Assembly (NCBI RefSeq): GCF_000009045.1
Contig: NC_000964.3
Coordinates: forward strand, 2,970,001-3,002,000
DNA: 32,000 nt
Source: Bacillus subtilis subsp. subtilis str. 168
GTDB lineage: Bacteria; Bacillota; Bacilli; Bacillales; Bacillaceae
Direction: 5' to 3'
Shown here: piece after piece, positions 9,716-19,787 of the stretch
Layout of the letters: the number at the start of each line of letters is the position of its first letter
How positions within the stretch are numbered: position 1 is the first letter of the stretch
The notes under the pieces: generated by a model
What the model saw: the letters and a program-made list of their open reading frames with translations, nothing else
Databases searched by the model: none
Told to the model about the DNA's origin: nothing
Program-made: the position numbers and the translations under genes

Positions 9716-10987
9716 TTAGTCCATGTTTTTGATCAGTTCTTCTCCGAACTCTGAACATTTCACTTCAGTCGCCCCGTCCATTAATCTGGCAAAATCGTAA
9801 GTTACGACTTTAGAAGCGATTGTTTTTTCCATAGATTTGATAACCAAATCAGCCGCTTCGTTCCATCCTAAATGCTCAAGAAGCAGAACGCCTGAAAGAA
9901 TAACTGAAGATGGGTTTACTTTATCAAGGCCTGCATATTTAGGAGCCGTTCCGTGCGTCGCCTCGAAAATCGCATGTCCTGTTTCGTAGTTGATGTTCGC
10001 TCCAGGAGCAATGCCGATTCCGCCGACTTGCGCAGCAAGAGCATCAGAAATGTAATCTCCGTTCAAGTTCATTGTCGCAACGACATCAAACTCGTTTGGA
10101 CGCGTTAAGATCTGCTGAAGGAAAATGTCAGCAATGCTGTCTTTGATAATGATTTTTCCTGCTGCTTCCGCTTCGCTTTGCGCTTTGTTGGCAGCGTCTT
10201 TTCCTTGTTCTTCAGCAATGCGGTCATATTGAGCCCATGTGAAGACTTTATCTCCGTATTCTTTTTCAGCAAGTTCATAGCCCCAGTTTTTGAAGGCGCC
10301 TTCTGTGAACTTCATGATGTTTCCTTTGTGAACAAGTGTTACAGATTTGCGGCCATGCTCGATCGCATAATCAATGGCAGCTCTGACCAAGCGGCTTGTT
10401 CCTTCTTCTGAAACAGGCTTAATGCCGATACCTGATGTCTCAGGGAAACGGATTTTATTGACGTTTAACTCATTTTGAAGGAAGCTGATAAGCTTTTGCA
10501 CTTCTTCAGAGCCTTTTGCATACTCGATGCCTGCGTAAATATCTTCTGTATTTTCACGGAAGATGACCATATCAGTATCTTCAGGGCGTTTTACCGGTGA
10601 CGGCACTCCAGTAAAGTATCTTACAGGTCTTAAGCAGACGAATAGGTCAAGCTCTTGTCTGAGCGCTACGTTCAAAGAACGGATACCGCCGCCGACAGGT
10701 GTCGTTAACGGGCCTTTAATCGCGATGAAATATTCGCGGATCACATCTAATGTTTCAGCAGGGAGCCACTCACCTGTTTTATTATAAGCCTTTTCTCCGG
10801 CGTAAACTTCTTTCCATGTAATTTTCTTTTCGCCTTTGTATGCTTTTTCTACTGCTGCTTCCAAAACCTTCGAAGCCGCGTTCCAAATATCAGGACCGGT
10901 TCCGTCTCCTTCGATAAATGGGATAATCGGGTTGTTTGGTACGTTTAATACTCCGTTAGAGACTGTAATTTTTTCACCTTGTGCCAC
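9716..10987 (-). CDS. icd: NADP-dependent isocitrate dehydrogenase
   Basis: 423 aa. Contains [20 protein letters not shown] and other ICDH motifs. GTG start at 10987 is preceded by GGGAGG plus 8 nt. Confidence 0.97.
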
Positions 10988-11025
10988 AATAAAAACCTCC
11001 CAGTATGTAATTCATATTTAGAAAA

Positions 11026-11057
11026 CATTTTATTTTTCTTATATAGAAAATAAAATG
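11026..11057. repeat. Perfect 11-bp A/T-rich inverted repeat CATTTTATTTT-N10-AAAATAAAATG upstream of icd
   Basis: Hand-verified. It lies 39-70 nt upstream of the icd GTG, in the 163-bp citZ-icd gap. Confidence 0.8.
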
Positions 11058-11150
11058 ATTTTTCCTAACATTCAATTTAAAGTGTAACCCAATTTTGATG
11101 TCTGAACAAGAGGCTAACCTCATTGACGCAAGCCAGCCTCCAATGGTTCT

Positions 11151-12269
11151 TTAGGCTCTTTCTTCAATCGGAACGAATTTTTGTTTGTCAGGGCCTGTGT
11201 AATCTGCCCGCGGGCGGATCAGACGGTTGTTGTCATACTGCTCAAGAATATGAGCGAGCCAGCCGGACATTCTGCTTACAGCAAAAATCGGTGTAAACAA
11301 ATCATGGTCAATACCGAGGCTGTGATATACAGAAGCCGAATAGAAATCAACGTTAGGCGGAAGCTTTTTCTCTGATGTGACGATGTCTTCTATACGAATC
11401 GACATCTCATACCATTTGCTTTCGCCTGTCAGGTTGGTCAGGCGCTTGCTCATTTCTTTCAGATGCTTCGCGCGCGGATCACCATGCTTATACACACGGT
11501 GGCCGAATCCCATGATTTTTTCTTTCTTTTCAAGTTTAGCGCGGATGTACGGCTCAGCGTTTTCCACTTCACCGATTTCTGTCAGCATTTTCATAACGCC
11601 TTCATTCGCTCCGCCGTGAAGAGGCCCTTTCAGCGCGCCGATTGCTGCAGTAATGCCTGAATAGATGTCAGAAAGTGTTGCGACGCAGACCCTCGCTGTG
11701 AACGTTGACGCGTTCAGCTCATGGTCAGCATGTAAAATCAATGCTTTGTTGAAGGCTTCAACTTCAATTGGTGAAGGCTCTTCACCGTTTAATGTGTAAA
11801 GAAAATTCTCCGCAATACCGTAATCTTCTCTCGGTTCAACAGGCTCAAGACCCTTGCGAATTCTGGAAAACGCTGCAACCAGGCCAGGCACCTTTGCCTG
11901 AAGGCGGATCGCCTTTCTGTAGTTGGCTTCCGGGTTCATGGTATCAGCCTCGCTGTCAAGCAGGCCTAGTAATGAAATTGCTGTCCGAAGAGCAGCCATG
12001 GGATGAACATTTTCGAGGGAATAAGATTTGAAGTGCTCAATAATTTCTTGCGGAACGGCAGCTTCCTTTGCAAGCTGCTGCTTTAACTCTTCAAGCTCTT
12101 TTTTGTTTGGCAGCCTTAGATGCCAAAGCAAGTAGATGATTTCTTCAAAACTTGCATTCTCTGTCAAATCATCGATATCATACCCCACATATGTAAGGGT
12201 ATCATCAATAATAGAACTAACAGATGATGTTGTTGCTACAACCCCTTCAAGACCGCGTGTCGCTGTCAT
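11151..12269 (-). CDS. citZ: Citrate synthase II
   Basis: 372 aa from the ATG at 12269, which sits 8 nt after AAGGAGA. The track start at 12278 lies in the SD spacer. Citrate synthase motif GFGHRVYKHGDPRA. Confidence 0.96.
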   Translation of the reverse strand: MTATRGLEGVVATTSSVSSIIDDTLTYVGYDIDDLTENASFEEIIYLLWHLRLPNKKELEELKQQLAKEAAVPQEIIEHFKSYSLENVHPMAALRTAISLLGLLDSEADTMNPEANYRKAIRLQAKVPGLVAAFSRIRKGLEPVEPREDYGIAENFLYTLNGEEPSPIEVEAFNKALILHADHELNASTFTARVCVATLSDIYSGITAAIGALKGPLHGGANEGVMKMLTEIGEVENAEPYIRAKLEKKEKIMGFGHRVYKHGDPRAKHLKEMSKRLTNLTGESKWYEMSIRIEDIVTSEKKLPPNVDFYSASVYHSLGIDHDLFTPIFAVSRMSGWLAHILEQYDNNRLIRPRADYTGPDKQKFVPIEERA

Positions 12270-12368
12270 ATATAACATCTCCTTTTCAATAAATTTCCCC
12301 TTTAAGAGTGTTGTAAAAACATGAGGCTTACTTAAAAAGCACGATGCAAGTATTTCTCTCCCCCAAAA

Positions 12369-12382
12369 AGAAAATGCTTACA
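12369..12382 (-). promoter_or_regulatory. cre-like CcpA site in the citZ leader (TGTAAGCATTTTCT)
   Basis: The minus strand reads TGTAAGCATTTTCT, resembling the cre consensus TGWAANCGNTNWCA. It lies about 80-95 nt downstream of the predicted citZ promoter. That fits the known CcpA roadblock-type control of citZ. Confidence 0.5.
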
Positions 12383-12469
12383 TTTTACTGGCTGCTGGAA
12401 CTAAAACCCTTTGCTTTTGAAAGAACATAACAAATTTTTATAAGCTTATTTAAGTTTAAGCCTATTCTC

Positions 12470-12498
12470 ATTATAAACAATAATCAGACATTTGTTAA
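12470..12498 (-). promoter_or_regulatory. Candidate sigma-A promoter of citZ (TTAACA-17-TATAAT)
   Basis: Minus strand: -35 TTAACA (12493-12498), 17-nt spacer, -10 TATAAT (12470-12475). This implies a leader of about 190 nt. Confidence 0.55.
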
Positions 12499-12572
12499 AT
12501 GTTTACCTATAATTTTTTTTTTCCATTCTGTGATTTCCCCGAAAAAACGCCTTTATTTGCGGGTTTTTGCAT

Positions 12573-12604
12573 AAAAAAAAGCGGCTTTAAGGCCGCTTTT
12601 TTTT
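12573..12604 (-). terminator. Intrinsic terminator after ytwI (bidirectional shape)
   Basis: A8-GCGGC-loop-GCCGC-T8. The A/T runs flank the stem on both sides. The T-run overlaps the ytwI stop codon. Confidence 0.8.
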
Positions 12605-13067
12605 ATGAAGTGAACAGTTTTACGATCTGCATGGCTAAATAAGCAATCCCCGCTCCGATCAGCGGCCCCACCGCAACTCCTCCAAAAAGCGCGACTGCAA
12701 GAATGGTCCCGATCACGAGAGCAGTTGTAATATGCGGATCATTTTCAAGCAGGGTCAGGCCGTTTTTTGCAATCAGCGCCACTGCGATCCCCGCTCCAAG
12801 GGCGATCCATGCGTAGGAAGACCGCATTGCTTCTCCAAGCTGCTTAAATCCGATTTCTCCCGTGGCAATCGGGACAAGAACGGCGATGGTAATAATGGTC
12901 ACACCCCAGTTAATGCCTTTTGACTGGATGGTCGGAAATAATTTCTGATCAAGCCCAACGATTTTGATGATCAAAAGGACGGATACAGCAAAGAGCAATG
13001 ATTGGTTTTTTGCGATAAGTGCGATAGCCAAGAGTAAAATTAAAAATAAATTCGCTTGTGTAAACAC
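12603..13067 (-). CDS. ytwI: Small polytopic membrane protein, UPF0756/DUF441 family (YtwI)
   Basis: AAAGGAGGG plus 8 nt precedes an in-frame GTG at 13067, giving 154 aa (MFTQANLFLILL...). The track's 189-aa version would overlap the ytvI start and has no SD. Confidence 0.8.
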   Translation of the reverse strand: MFTQANLFLILLLAIALIAKNQSLLFAVSVLLIIKIVGLDQKLFPTIQSKGINWGVTIITIAVLVPIATGEIGFKQLGEAMRSSYAWIALGAGIAVALIAKNGLTLLENDPHITTALVIGTILAVALFGGVAVGPLIGAGIAYLAMQIVKLFTS

Positions 13068-13090
13068 ATGCCATCCCTCCTTTAAGATGA

Positions 13091-13123
13091 ATGTATTCAT
13101 ATTCAGCCGCAGCGTGAATACAT
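13091..13123. repeat. Perfect 9-bp inverted repeat ATGTATTCA-N15-TGAATACAT in the ytwI/ytvI divergent gap
   Basis: Hand-verified complementarity of 13091-13099 with 13115-13123. Confidence 0.8.
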
Positions 13124-13163
13124 ATAAAAAATAGGACATGCTGACGAGAGGAGGACCGTTTTT

Positions 13164-14279
13164 GTGAATCAATCTTATATCACTATTTTTTTCAGAACCC
13201 TCTTTGTCATATCAATGACCGCAGGGTCGATAGCTGCGGCCTATTATTCGTTTCCGTTAACTTATCCGTTCCTGATCGCCCTTATTCTATCTTCAGTGAT
13301 TCATCCTGTTGTCGATTATTTGGACAAAGTGACAGGATTCCCCCGAACGATAAATGTTCTGGGCGTTCTTGCTTTTTTTCTGCTCGCAGCCTTCGGCGTG
13401 CTCACCATTCTGGTAGCCGAAATCGTAACGGGAACAGCCTATCTAGCAAAAACGCTGCCTCCGCATATCAGCACGTTTATTTCATATTGCGAAAAATTGT
13501 TTACCACTCATATTCAGCCGCTCTATAACGAGTTAACTCTTTTGTTTCAAGAATTGGAAACGAACCAGCAGGCTTCCATCGTCACTCATATCCAGACACT
13601 CGGTGATTCTGCCGCTAAAAATGCCGGGCTCCTGCTGTCCCACATTCTAGAGATGATCCCGAGATTTTTCGCTCTTCTTCCCAATACGGCGGCGGTTCTG
13701 ATTTTTTCTCTTCTGGCAACCTTTTTTATGACAAAGGATTGGCATAAGCTGAAAGCCATGCTTGTTTTAATTCTGCCGGATCGTGTGACAGCTAACAGCA
13801 AAGCAATCAGCAGCGAATTAAAAAAAGCAATGACTGGTTTTATCAAAGCACAAGCCGTCCTCGTTTTCATCACGATGGTGATTGTATTTATCGGCCTTTC
13901 TCTCTTAAAGGTTGAACACGCCGCAACAATTGCTTTTTTAATCGGGCTTGTAGATCTTCTCCCTTACTTAGGTGCCGGCTCCGTATTTGTGCCCTGGATT
14001 TTGTATTTATCGATTACGGGCCAGCTGCCCCAAGCAATCGGAATTGGTATCCTGTACCTCGTCGTTCTTATTCAGCGGCAGCTGACAGAGCCCAAGATAC
14101 TAAGTAAATCTATCGGGATCGATCCGCTGGCAACACTCATCGCCCTGTTTGCCGGCTTTAAATTATTCGGGTTTTTAGGACTGATTGCGGGACCGGCTGT
14201 ACTCGTCATCATCCAAGCTTTCATCACAACAGGCGCATTAAAAGAAATATGGTCCTATATCACCGTTCAGCAAAAATAA
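13164..14279 (+). CDS. ytvI: Sporulation integral membrane protein YtvI (AI-2E/PerM, UPF0118 family)
   Basis: 371-aa multi-TM ORF. GTG at 13164 is about 10 nt after GAGGAGG. A terminator follows. Confidence 0.88.
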   Translation: MNQSYITIFFRTLFVISMTAGSIAAAYYSFPLTYPFLIALILSSVIHPVVDYLDKVTGFPRTINVLGVLAFFLLAAFGVLTILVAEIVTGTAYLAKTLPPHISTFISYCEKLFTTHIQPLYNELTLLFQELETNQQASIVTHIQTLGDSAAKNAGLLLSHILEMIPRFFALLPNTAAVLIFSLLATFFMTKDWHKLKAMLVLILPDRVTANSKAISSELKKAMTGFIKAQAVLVFITMVIVFIGLSLLKVEHAATIAFLIGLVDLLPYLGAGSVFVPWILYLSITGQLPQAIGIGILYLVVLIQRQLTEPKILSKSIGIDPLATLIALFAGFKLFGFLGLIAGPAVLVIIQAFITTGALKEIWSYITVQQK

Positions 14280-14316
14280 AACGGCAGCCGTTTTTTCATG
14301 GCTGCCGTTTTTTATT
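14275..14316. terminator. Bidirectional terminator shared by convergent ytvI and ytzA
   Basis: Stem ACGGCAGCC (14281-14289) / GGCTGCCGT (14300-14308) is flanked by an A-run and a T-run. It abuts both stop codons. Confidence 0.8.
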
Positions 14317-14695
14317 TGATGATGATCCGCTTATTCTTCGACATTCCTCTCAGCCATTTGAACAGAATCGGCTTACACCAGCCGCGGGTAAACGGGATAA
14401 GAAGACAGGCGCCGGCCAAATCTGATAAAAAGCCCGGAAGCATCAGCAATAGACCGCCAATGAAAATGCACAGACCGTCAGCAATCGCTTCTCCCGGCAT
14501 TTTGCCATATTGAAGATCACGCTGAACCTTATAATACACTTCGGTTCCTTGTTTTTTTGCAGCTGCTGCGCCGATAATGCCAGTCAGAATCATGAATAGA
14601 ACTGTCGGCAAAATACCAATCAGATTTCCTAAAAATAGGAATATACCGATTTCTATTGCCGGAAACACAATAAAAAGCAAAAACAAAAATCTCAT
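14312..14695 (-). CDS. ytzA: FxsA-family (UPF0716) small membrane protein
   Basis: 127 aa from the ATG at 14695 (MRFLFLLFIVFPAIEIG...), preceded by a G-rich SD-like run. The track's GTG at 14710 lies within that run. FxsA-like TM layout with a basic C-terminal tail. Confidence 0.8.
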   Translation of the reverse strand: MRFLFLLFIVFPAIEIGIFLFLGNLIGILPTVLFMILTGIIGAAAAKKQGTEVYYKVQRDLQYGKMPGEAIADGLCIFIGGLLLMLPGFLSDLAGACLLIPFTRGWCKPILFKWLRGMSKNKRIIIK

Positions 14696-14745
14696 ATCCA
14701 AGCCCCCCACACGTGTAACACGTTCTGTTCAACAAAAGGCATGAT

Positions 14746-14773
14746 AAAGAGAAAAGGAAGGGATTCCCCTTCC
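14746..14773 (-). terminator. Intrinsic terminator after pyk
   Basis: Minus strand: stem GGAAGGG, 4-nt loop, CCCTTCC, followed by TTTTCTCTTT. Confidence 0.75.
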
Positions 14774-14787
14774 ATTTTCACCTGTAA

Positions 14788-16545
14788 TTAAAGAACGCTC
14801 GCACGGCCTTGATAGACTGCGCCTCTGGAAGCGTCAACTGTAATATCCTGGCCATCTGTCAAAATAGATGTCGCATTTTCCAGACCCACGATAACCGGGA
14901 TGCCAAGGCTTAATCCGACTACCGCAGCATGGCTAGTCAAACCGCCTTCTTCTGTAATAAGAGCAGACGCTTTTTCAAGGGATGCAATCATATCACGGTC
15001 AGTGCTTTTGGTAACAAGTACCGCACCGTCAGTCATTTTTTGCTCAGCTTCTTTTGCATTTTGTGCAACGACAACCGGACCGTAAGCTGATTTGCGTCCA
15101 ATGCCTTGGCCTTTAGCGATGATATCGCCGACAGTATGAACCTTCATTAAGTTCGTAGTGCCGGACTCACCGACAGTGCCAGCTGTAATAACGATAAGAT
15201 CGCCGTGTTTTACAATTCCGCTGTTCAATGATTTTTGGACAGCATCCTCAAGCATCTCATCTGTTGAGCTCGCATTTTGGCCGCTTTCCGCGAATACGCC
15301 AGATACGAGGGCAAGCTTTCTGGAAATAGAGTCATTTACAGTAACCGCAACAATCGGAGCCTGCGGACGGTATTTTGCAATCATACGTGCTGTATGGCCG
15401 CTTTCTGTCGGCGTTACGATCGCAGCAGCATTCAGGTTAATCGCCGTATGTGCGACAGATTGTCCAATTGCGTCTGTAATTGTCATGCCCACTTGGTCTC
15501 TGCGTTTTGAGAGAATTTCTTTATAATTTAATGCTTCTTCAGAACGGGACGCGATGTTATGCATTGTTTGAACTGCTTCAACCGGGTAACTTCCGGCAGC
15601 AGTTTCACCAGAAAGCATGATCGCATCTGTTCCGTCGAAGATCGCGTTTGCAACGTCACTTGCTTCCGCACGAGTCGGACGCGGGTTGCGCTGCATGCTG
15701 TCAAGCATTTGTGTCGCTGTAATAACAGGTTTGCCCAGCGCGTTGCATTTTTTGATCAGTTCTTTTTGCACAAGCGGCACTTCTTCAGCTGGAATTTCCA
15801 CACCTAAGTCTCCGCGTGCAACCATTAAGCCGTCAGACACTTCGAGAATCGCATCGATGTTGTCAACGCCCTCTTGGTTTTCGATTTTAGGGATGATTTG
15901 AATATCCTGAGCGTTGTGCTCTTCAAGAAGCTCACGGATTTCGAGCACATCCGTAGAACGTCGAATGAAAGATGGTGCGATGAAGTCTACTCCTTGCTCA
16001 ATACCGAAAACGATGTCTCGCGCATCCTTTTCAGTAATCCCCGGAAGATTGACACTTACGCCCGGTACGTTAACACCTTTTTTATTTTTGAGTGTTCCGT
16101 TGTTTAATACTTTTGTTTTGATTTCGCGTTTAGCGGCATCTACATCAAGTACCTCAAGACCGATAAGGCCGTCATCTAACAGAATCGTTGAACCTTGTTC
16201 AACGTCATGGACTAAACCTTCATATGTCACTGAAATTTTATCTGTTGTTCCTACAACCTCGTCCATTGAAATAATGAGCTCTTTGCCTGTTTCAAGCTCA
16301 ATACCGCCGTTTTCCATTGTATGTGTGCGGATTTCAGGACCTTTTGTATCAAGCAGAATTCCAACGTTCTTGCCAAGTTTTTTACTTGCTTCGCGGATAT
16401 TTTTAATTCTTGCACCGTGCTCCTCAAAATCTCCGTGAGAAAAGTTTAATCGAGCCACGTTCATTCCTGACTCCATTAATTTCGTAAGCATTTCAATACT
16501 TTCACTTGCCGGACCGATGGTACAAACAATTTTAGTTTTTCTCAT
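14788..16545 (-). CDS. pyk: Pyruvate kinase with extra C-terminal PEP-utilizer (PEPut) domain
   Basis: 585 aa from the ATG at 16545, which sits 8 nt after AGGAAG. The track's GTG at 16554 lies in the spacer. Contains [19 protein letters not shown] and [12 protein letters not shown]. The C-terminal ~100 aa carry [11 protein letters not shown]. Confidence 0.97.
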
Positions 16546-16587
16546 TTGGTTCACTTCCTTCTGAAATCTTCAGCCTTCAGCTGTACA

Positions 16588-17559
<972 letters not shown>

Positions 17560-17646
17560 TCAGCAACATATATGATTAAACATAACATGATCATTGCCCT
17601 AAAAACAATGAAAAGGGATCTCCATCCTCCCTATGAAACCTTACCT

Positions 17647-17675
17647 ATTATACAATTAAATAAATTGTTTTTAAA
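17647..17675 (-). promoter_or_regulatory. Candidate sigma-A promoter of pfkA-pyk (TTTAAA-17-TATAAT)
   Basis: Minus strand: -10 TATAAT (17647-17652), 17-nt spacer, weak -35 TTTAAA (17670-17675). Motif reading only. Confidence 0.35.
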
Positions 17676-17691
17676 TAAAATTTAAGGAATG

Positions 17692-17728
17692 TCACAAAAA
17701 ATAAACGTGAGCCAAAGGCTTCACGTTT
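17692..17728 (-). terminator. Intrinsic terminator after accA
   Basis: Minus strand: AAACGTGAAGCC-TTT-GGCTCACGTTT (one bulged base), followed by ATTTTTTGTG. Confidence 0.8.
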
Positions 17729-17730
17729 AT

Positions 17731-18708
17731 TTAGTTTACCCCGATATATTGATCTTCAACCGAGACTTTGCCAATTGCTTTATATTTTTCATAACGCTGC
17801 TGAACTAATTCTTCTTCGCTCAGCTTCAGTAAAGTTTTTAACGATTGTTTAAGGGTTTCGTCCATATAGCTTGCCTGCAGCTTCACATCATGGTGCGCTC
17901 CGCCTTTTACTTCTTTAATCATATGATCTATAATACCTAATTCTTTTAAATCCGGCGCAGTGATTTTCATTGTTTCTGCTGCTTTTTTAGCAAGACTGGA
18001 GTCCTTCCATAAAAGTGCCGCGGCACCTTCCGGAGAAATAACAGAATAAGTAGAGTTTTCCAGCATATGCAAGTGATTGCCTACACCCAGACCAAGGGCT
18101 CCGCCGCTTCCGCCTTCACCAATGACGATGCAGATAACAGGCACTCGAAGGCCGGCCATCTCAAACAGGTTTTTGGCAATAGCTTCACTTTGTCCTCTTT
18201 CTTCAGCTGCTCGTCCAGGGTATGCCCCCTTCGTATCAATAAAACAGATAATTGGTCTGTTAAATTTGTCAGCCTGTTTCATCAGACGAAGCGCTTTTCT
18301 GTAGCCTTCTGGATGCGGCATCCCAAAATTGCGGACTAGGTTTTCCTTCGTGTCTTTGCCGCGCTGATGCCCGATTACCGTTACAGGGAGGCCGTGGAAC
18401 TTCGCAATCCCGCCGACAATGGCTTCATCGTCCCCGTACGCTCTGTCTCCGTGACATTCAAAAAAGTCGGTAAACAGGTGTTCGATATAATCAAGAGTTG
18501 TCGGACGGTCCGCCAGACGCGCGATTTGAACCCGGTCCCACGGCTTCAAATTTTTGTAAATATCATCCTGAAGCTTAGCGAGACGGTCTTCGAGCCGTTC
18601 GATTTCCGCACTTAGATCCATATCGGAATCTTGGGTGAATTTTTTTAGTTCGGCGATTTTGGTTTGCAGTTCAATCACCGGTTTTTCAAATTCTAATCTT
18701 GGAGCCAC
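17731..18708 (-). CDS. accA: Acetyl-CoA carboxylase carboxyltransferase alpha subunit
   Basis: 325 aa. GTG at 18708 sits 9 nt after GGAGG, and that SD lies inside accD. Overlaps the accD 3' end by 16 nt. AccA family core ([20 protein letters not shown]). Confidence 0.96.
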   Translation of the reverse strand: MAPRLEFEKPVIELQTKIAELKKFTQDSDMDLSAEIERLEDRLAKLQDDIYKNLKPWDRVQIARLADRPTTLDYIEHLFTDFFECHGDRAYGDDEAIVGGIAKFHGLPVTVIGHQRGKDTKENLVRNFGMPHPEGYRKALRLMKQADKFNRPIICFIDTKGAYPGRAAEERGQSEAIAKNLFEMAGLRVPVICIVIGEGGSGGALGLGVGNHLHMLENSTYSVISPEGAAALLWKDSSLAKKAAETMKITAPDLKELGIIDHMIKEVKGGAHHDVKLQASYMDETLKQSLKTLLKLSEEELVQQRYEKYKAIGKVSVEDQYIGVN

Positions 18709-19565
18709 TCAATGTCACCTCCTGTTTGATGCATATCCAGCAGATTTTCTAACGTTTTTTTCATATCGTCGCGATGAATAACCGCATCAAGCTGTCCATG
18801 TTTTAATAAAAACTCAGCCGTTTGGAAGTCCTCAGGCAGTTTTTCTCCTATTGTCTGTTCAATAATCCGTCTTCCGGCAAAACCGATCAGCGCGCCAGGC
18901 TCAGCGAAATTGTAATCGCCAAGGGATGCAAAGCTTGCTGATACGCCCCCGGTAGTCGGATGCGTCATTACTGAAATAATAAGACCCTGTTCTTCACTGA
19001 ACAGTTTTAACGCAGAGCTTGTCTTTGCCATCTGCATCAAACTTAATACGCCTTCCTGCATTCTAGCACCGCCTGAAGCCGTAAAAATAATAAACGGAAC
19101 TTTATCAGCTTTTGCTTTTTCAATCGCAAGCGTGATTTTTTCACCGACGACTGAACCCATGCTGCCCATTCTGAATGAAGAGTCCATGACGGCGACAACA
19201 GCCGGGTGTCCGCCGATGGTGCCCTTGCCTGTCACAACAGCCTCGTTTAAGGATGTTTTCTCGCGATCTTTTTCAAGCTTTTCCAGATATCCCGGGAAAC
19301 CAAGCGGATTTTCCGAGAGCATTCCCTGATTAAATTCCTCAAAGGATTGTTCATCCATCAAGCTTTCGATACGCTGTTTTGCGTTCATTGGGAAATGATA
19401 ATCGCAGTTCATGCATACCCGCATATTTTTATCCAACTCTTTAGTGAGCATGATTTTTTTACACTTAGGACATTTTGTCATAATGCCTTCCGGAACATCG
19501 TGCTTCGCTTGATCAGACGGTACGGAAGCATACTTTTTCTTTTTCGTGAATATATCCTTTAACAA
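18693..19565 (-). CDS. accD: Acetyl-CoA carboxylase carboxyltransferase beta subunit
   Basis: 290 aa from the TTG at 19565, which sits 7 nt after GGGAGG ([11 protein letters not shown]...). The track's 306-aa extension has no SD. N-terminal zinc ribbon CPKC...CMNC. Confidence 0.95.
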   Translation of the reverse strand: MLKDIFTKKKKYASVPSDQAKHDVPEGIMTKCPKCKKIMLTKELDKNMRVCMNCDYHFPMNAKQRIESLMDEQSFEEFNQGMLSENPLGFPGYLEKLEKDREKTSLNEAVVTGKGTIGGHPAVVAVMDSSFRMGSMGSVVGEKITLAIEKAKADKVPFIIFTASGGARMQEGVLSLMQMAKTSSALKLFSEEQGLIISVMTHPTTGGVSASFASLGDYNFAEPGALIGFAGRRIIEQTIGEKLPEDFQTAEFLLKHGQLDAVIHRDDMKKTLENLLDMHQTGGDIEWLQD

Positions 19566-19646
19566 ATGATTACCTCCCTTTTGTGAAGGGTTCTCTTCAC
19601 CGCATGTCATCAAACAGATAGACTTGCTAATAACTTTACCGAAACT

Positions 19647-19675
19647 ATTGTACTTTTTTTGTCAAACGCTGTCAT
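19647..19675 (-). promoter_or_regulatory. Candidate sigma-A promoter of accDA (ATGACA-17-TACAAT)
   Basis: Minus strand: -35 ATGACA (19670-19675), 17-nt spacer, -10 TACAAT (19647-19652). Motif reading only. Confidence 0.35.
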
Positions 19676-19787
19676 CCTCAATTCGACAACTTTTTATTCG
19701 ATGACGTGCTCGGAAAGGCTTGTATGAAATCAGATAAGGTGTTGAAACGACAAGGTTGACAGCGCATTCAAAAATAATGTTAAACCC

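Noticed and set aside
12270-12462. A possible riboswitch or T-box in the long citZ leader (and likewise in the ~90-nt pfkA leader, 17548-17640).
   Set aside because: I recognise no conserved riboswitch core, no T-box or specifier arrangement, and no terminator/antiterminator pair. The known protein-based control by CcpC, CcpA and aconitase is sufficient.
12537-12570. A second hairpin-like element (CCCGaAAA...TTTgCGGG followed by TTTTT on the plus strand) next to the ytwI terminator.
   Set aside because: The stem is interrupted and weak. On the plus strand there is no upstream gene to terminate, and on the minus strand it has no U-tract. It may add to insulation of the citZ promoter, but the evidence is thin.
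14709-14723. The ACACGTGT palindrome followed by a second ACACGT just upstream of the ytzA start.
   Set aside because: As RNA it could only form a 4-bp stem. An 8-bp palindrome of this kind is expected by chance several times in 32 kb, and I know of no regulator motif it matches.
15914-16438. A 174-aa plus-strand ORF antisense to pyk. Similar long antisense ORFs occur at 1412-1825, 4829-5206, 15158-15526, 21855-22307 and 24797-25333.
   Set aside because: All lie wholly inside well-supported genes on the opposite strand, and none has an SD. Their Ser/Pro/Thr/Ile-rich, low-complexity translations are typical of the antisense frame of real genes. The 24797-25333 ORF is co-oriented with dnaE but looks equally non-protein-like.
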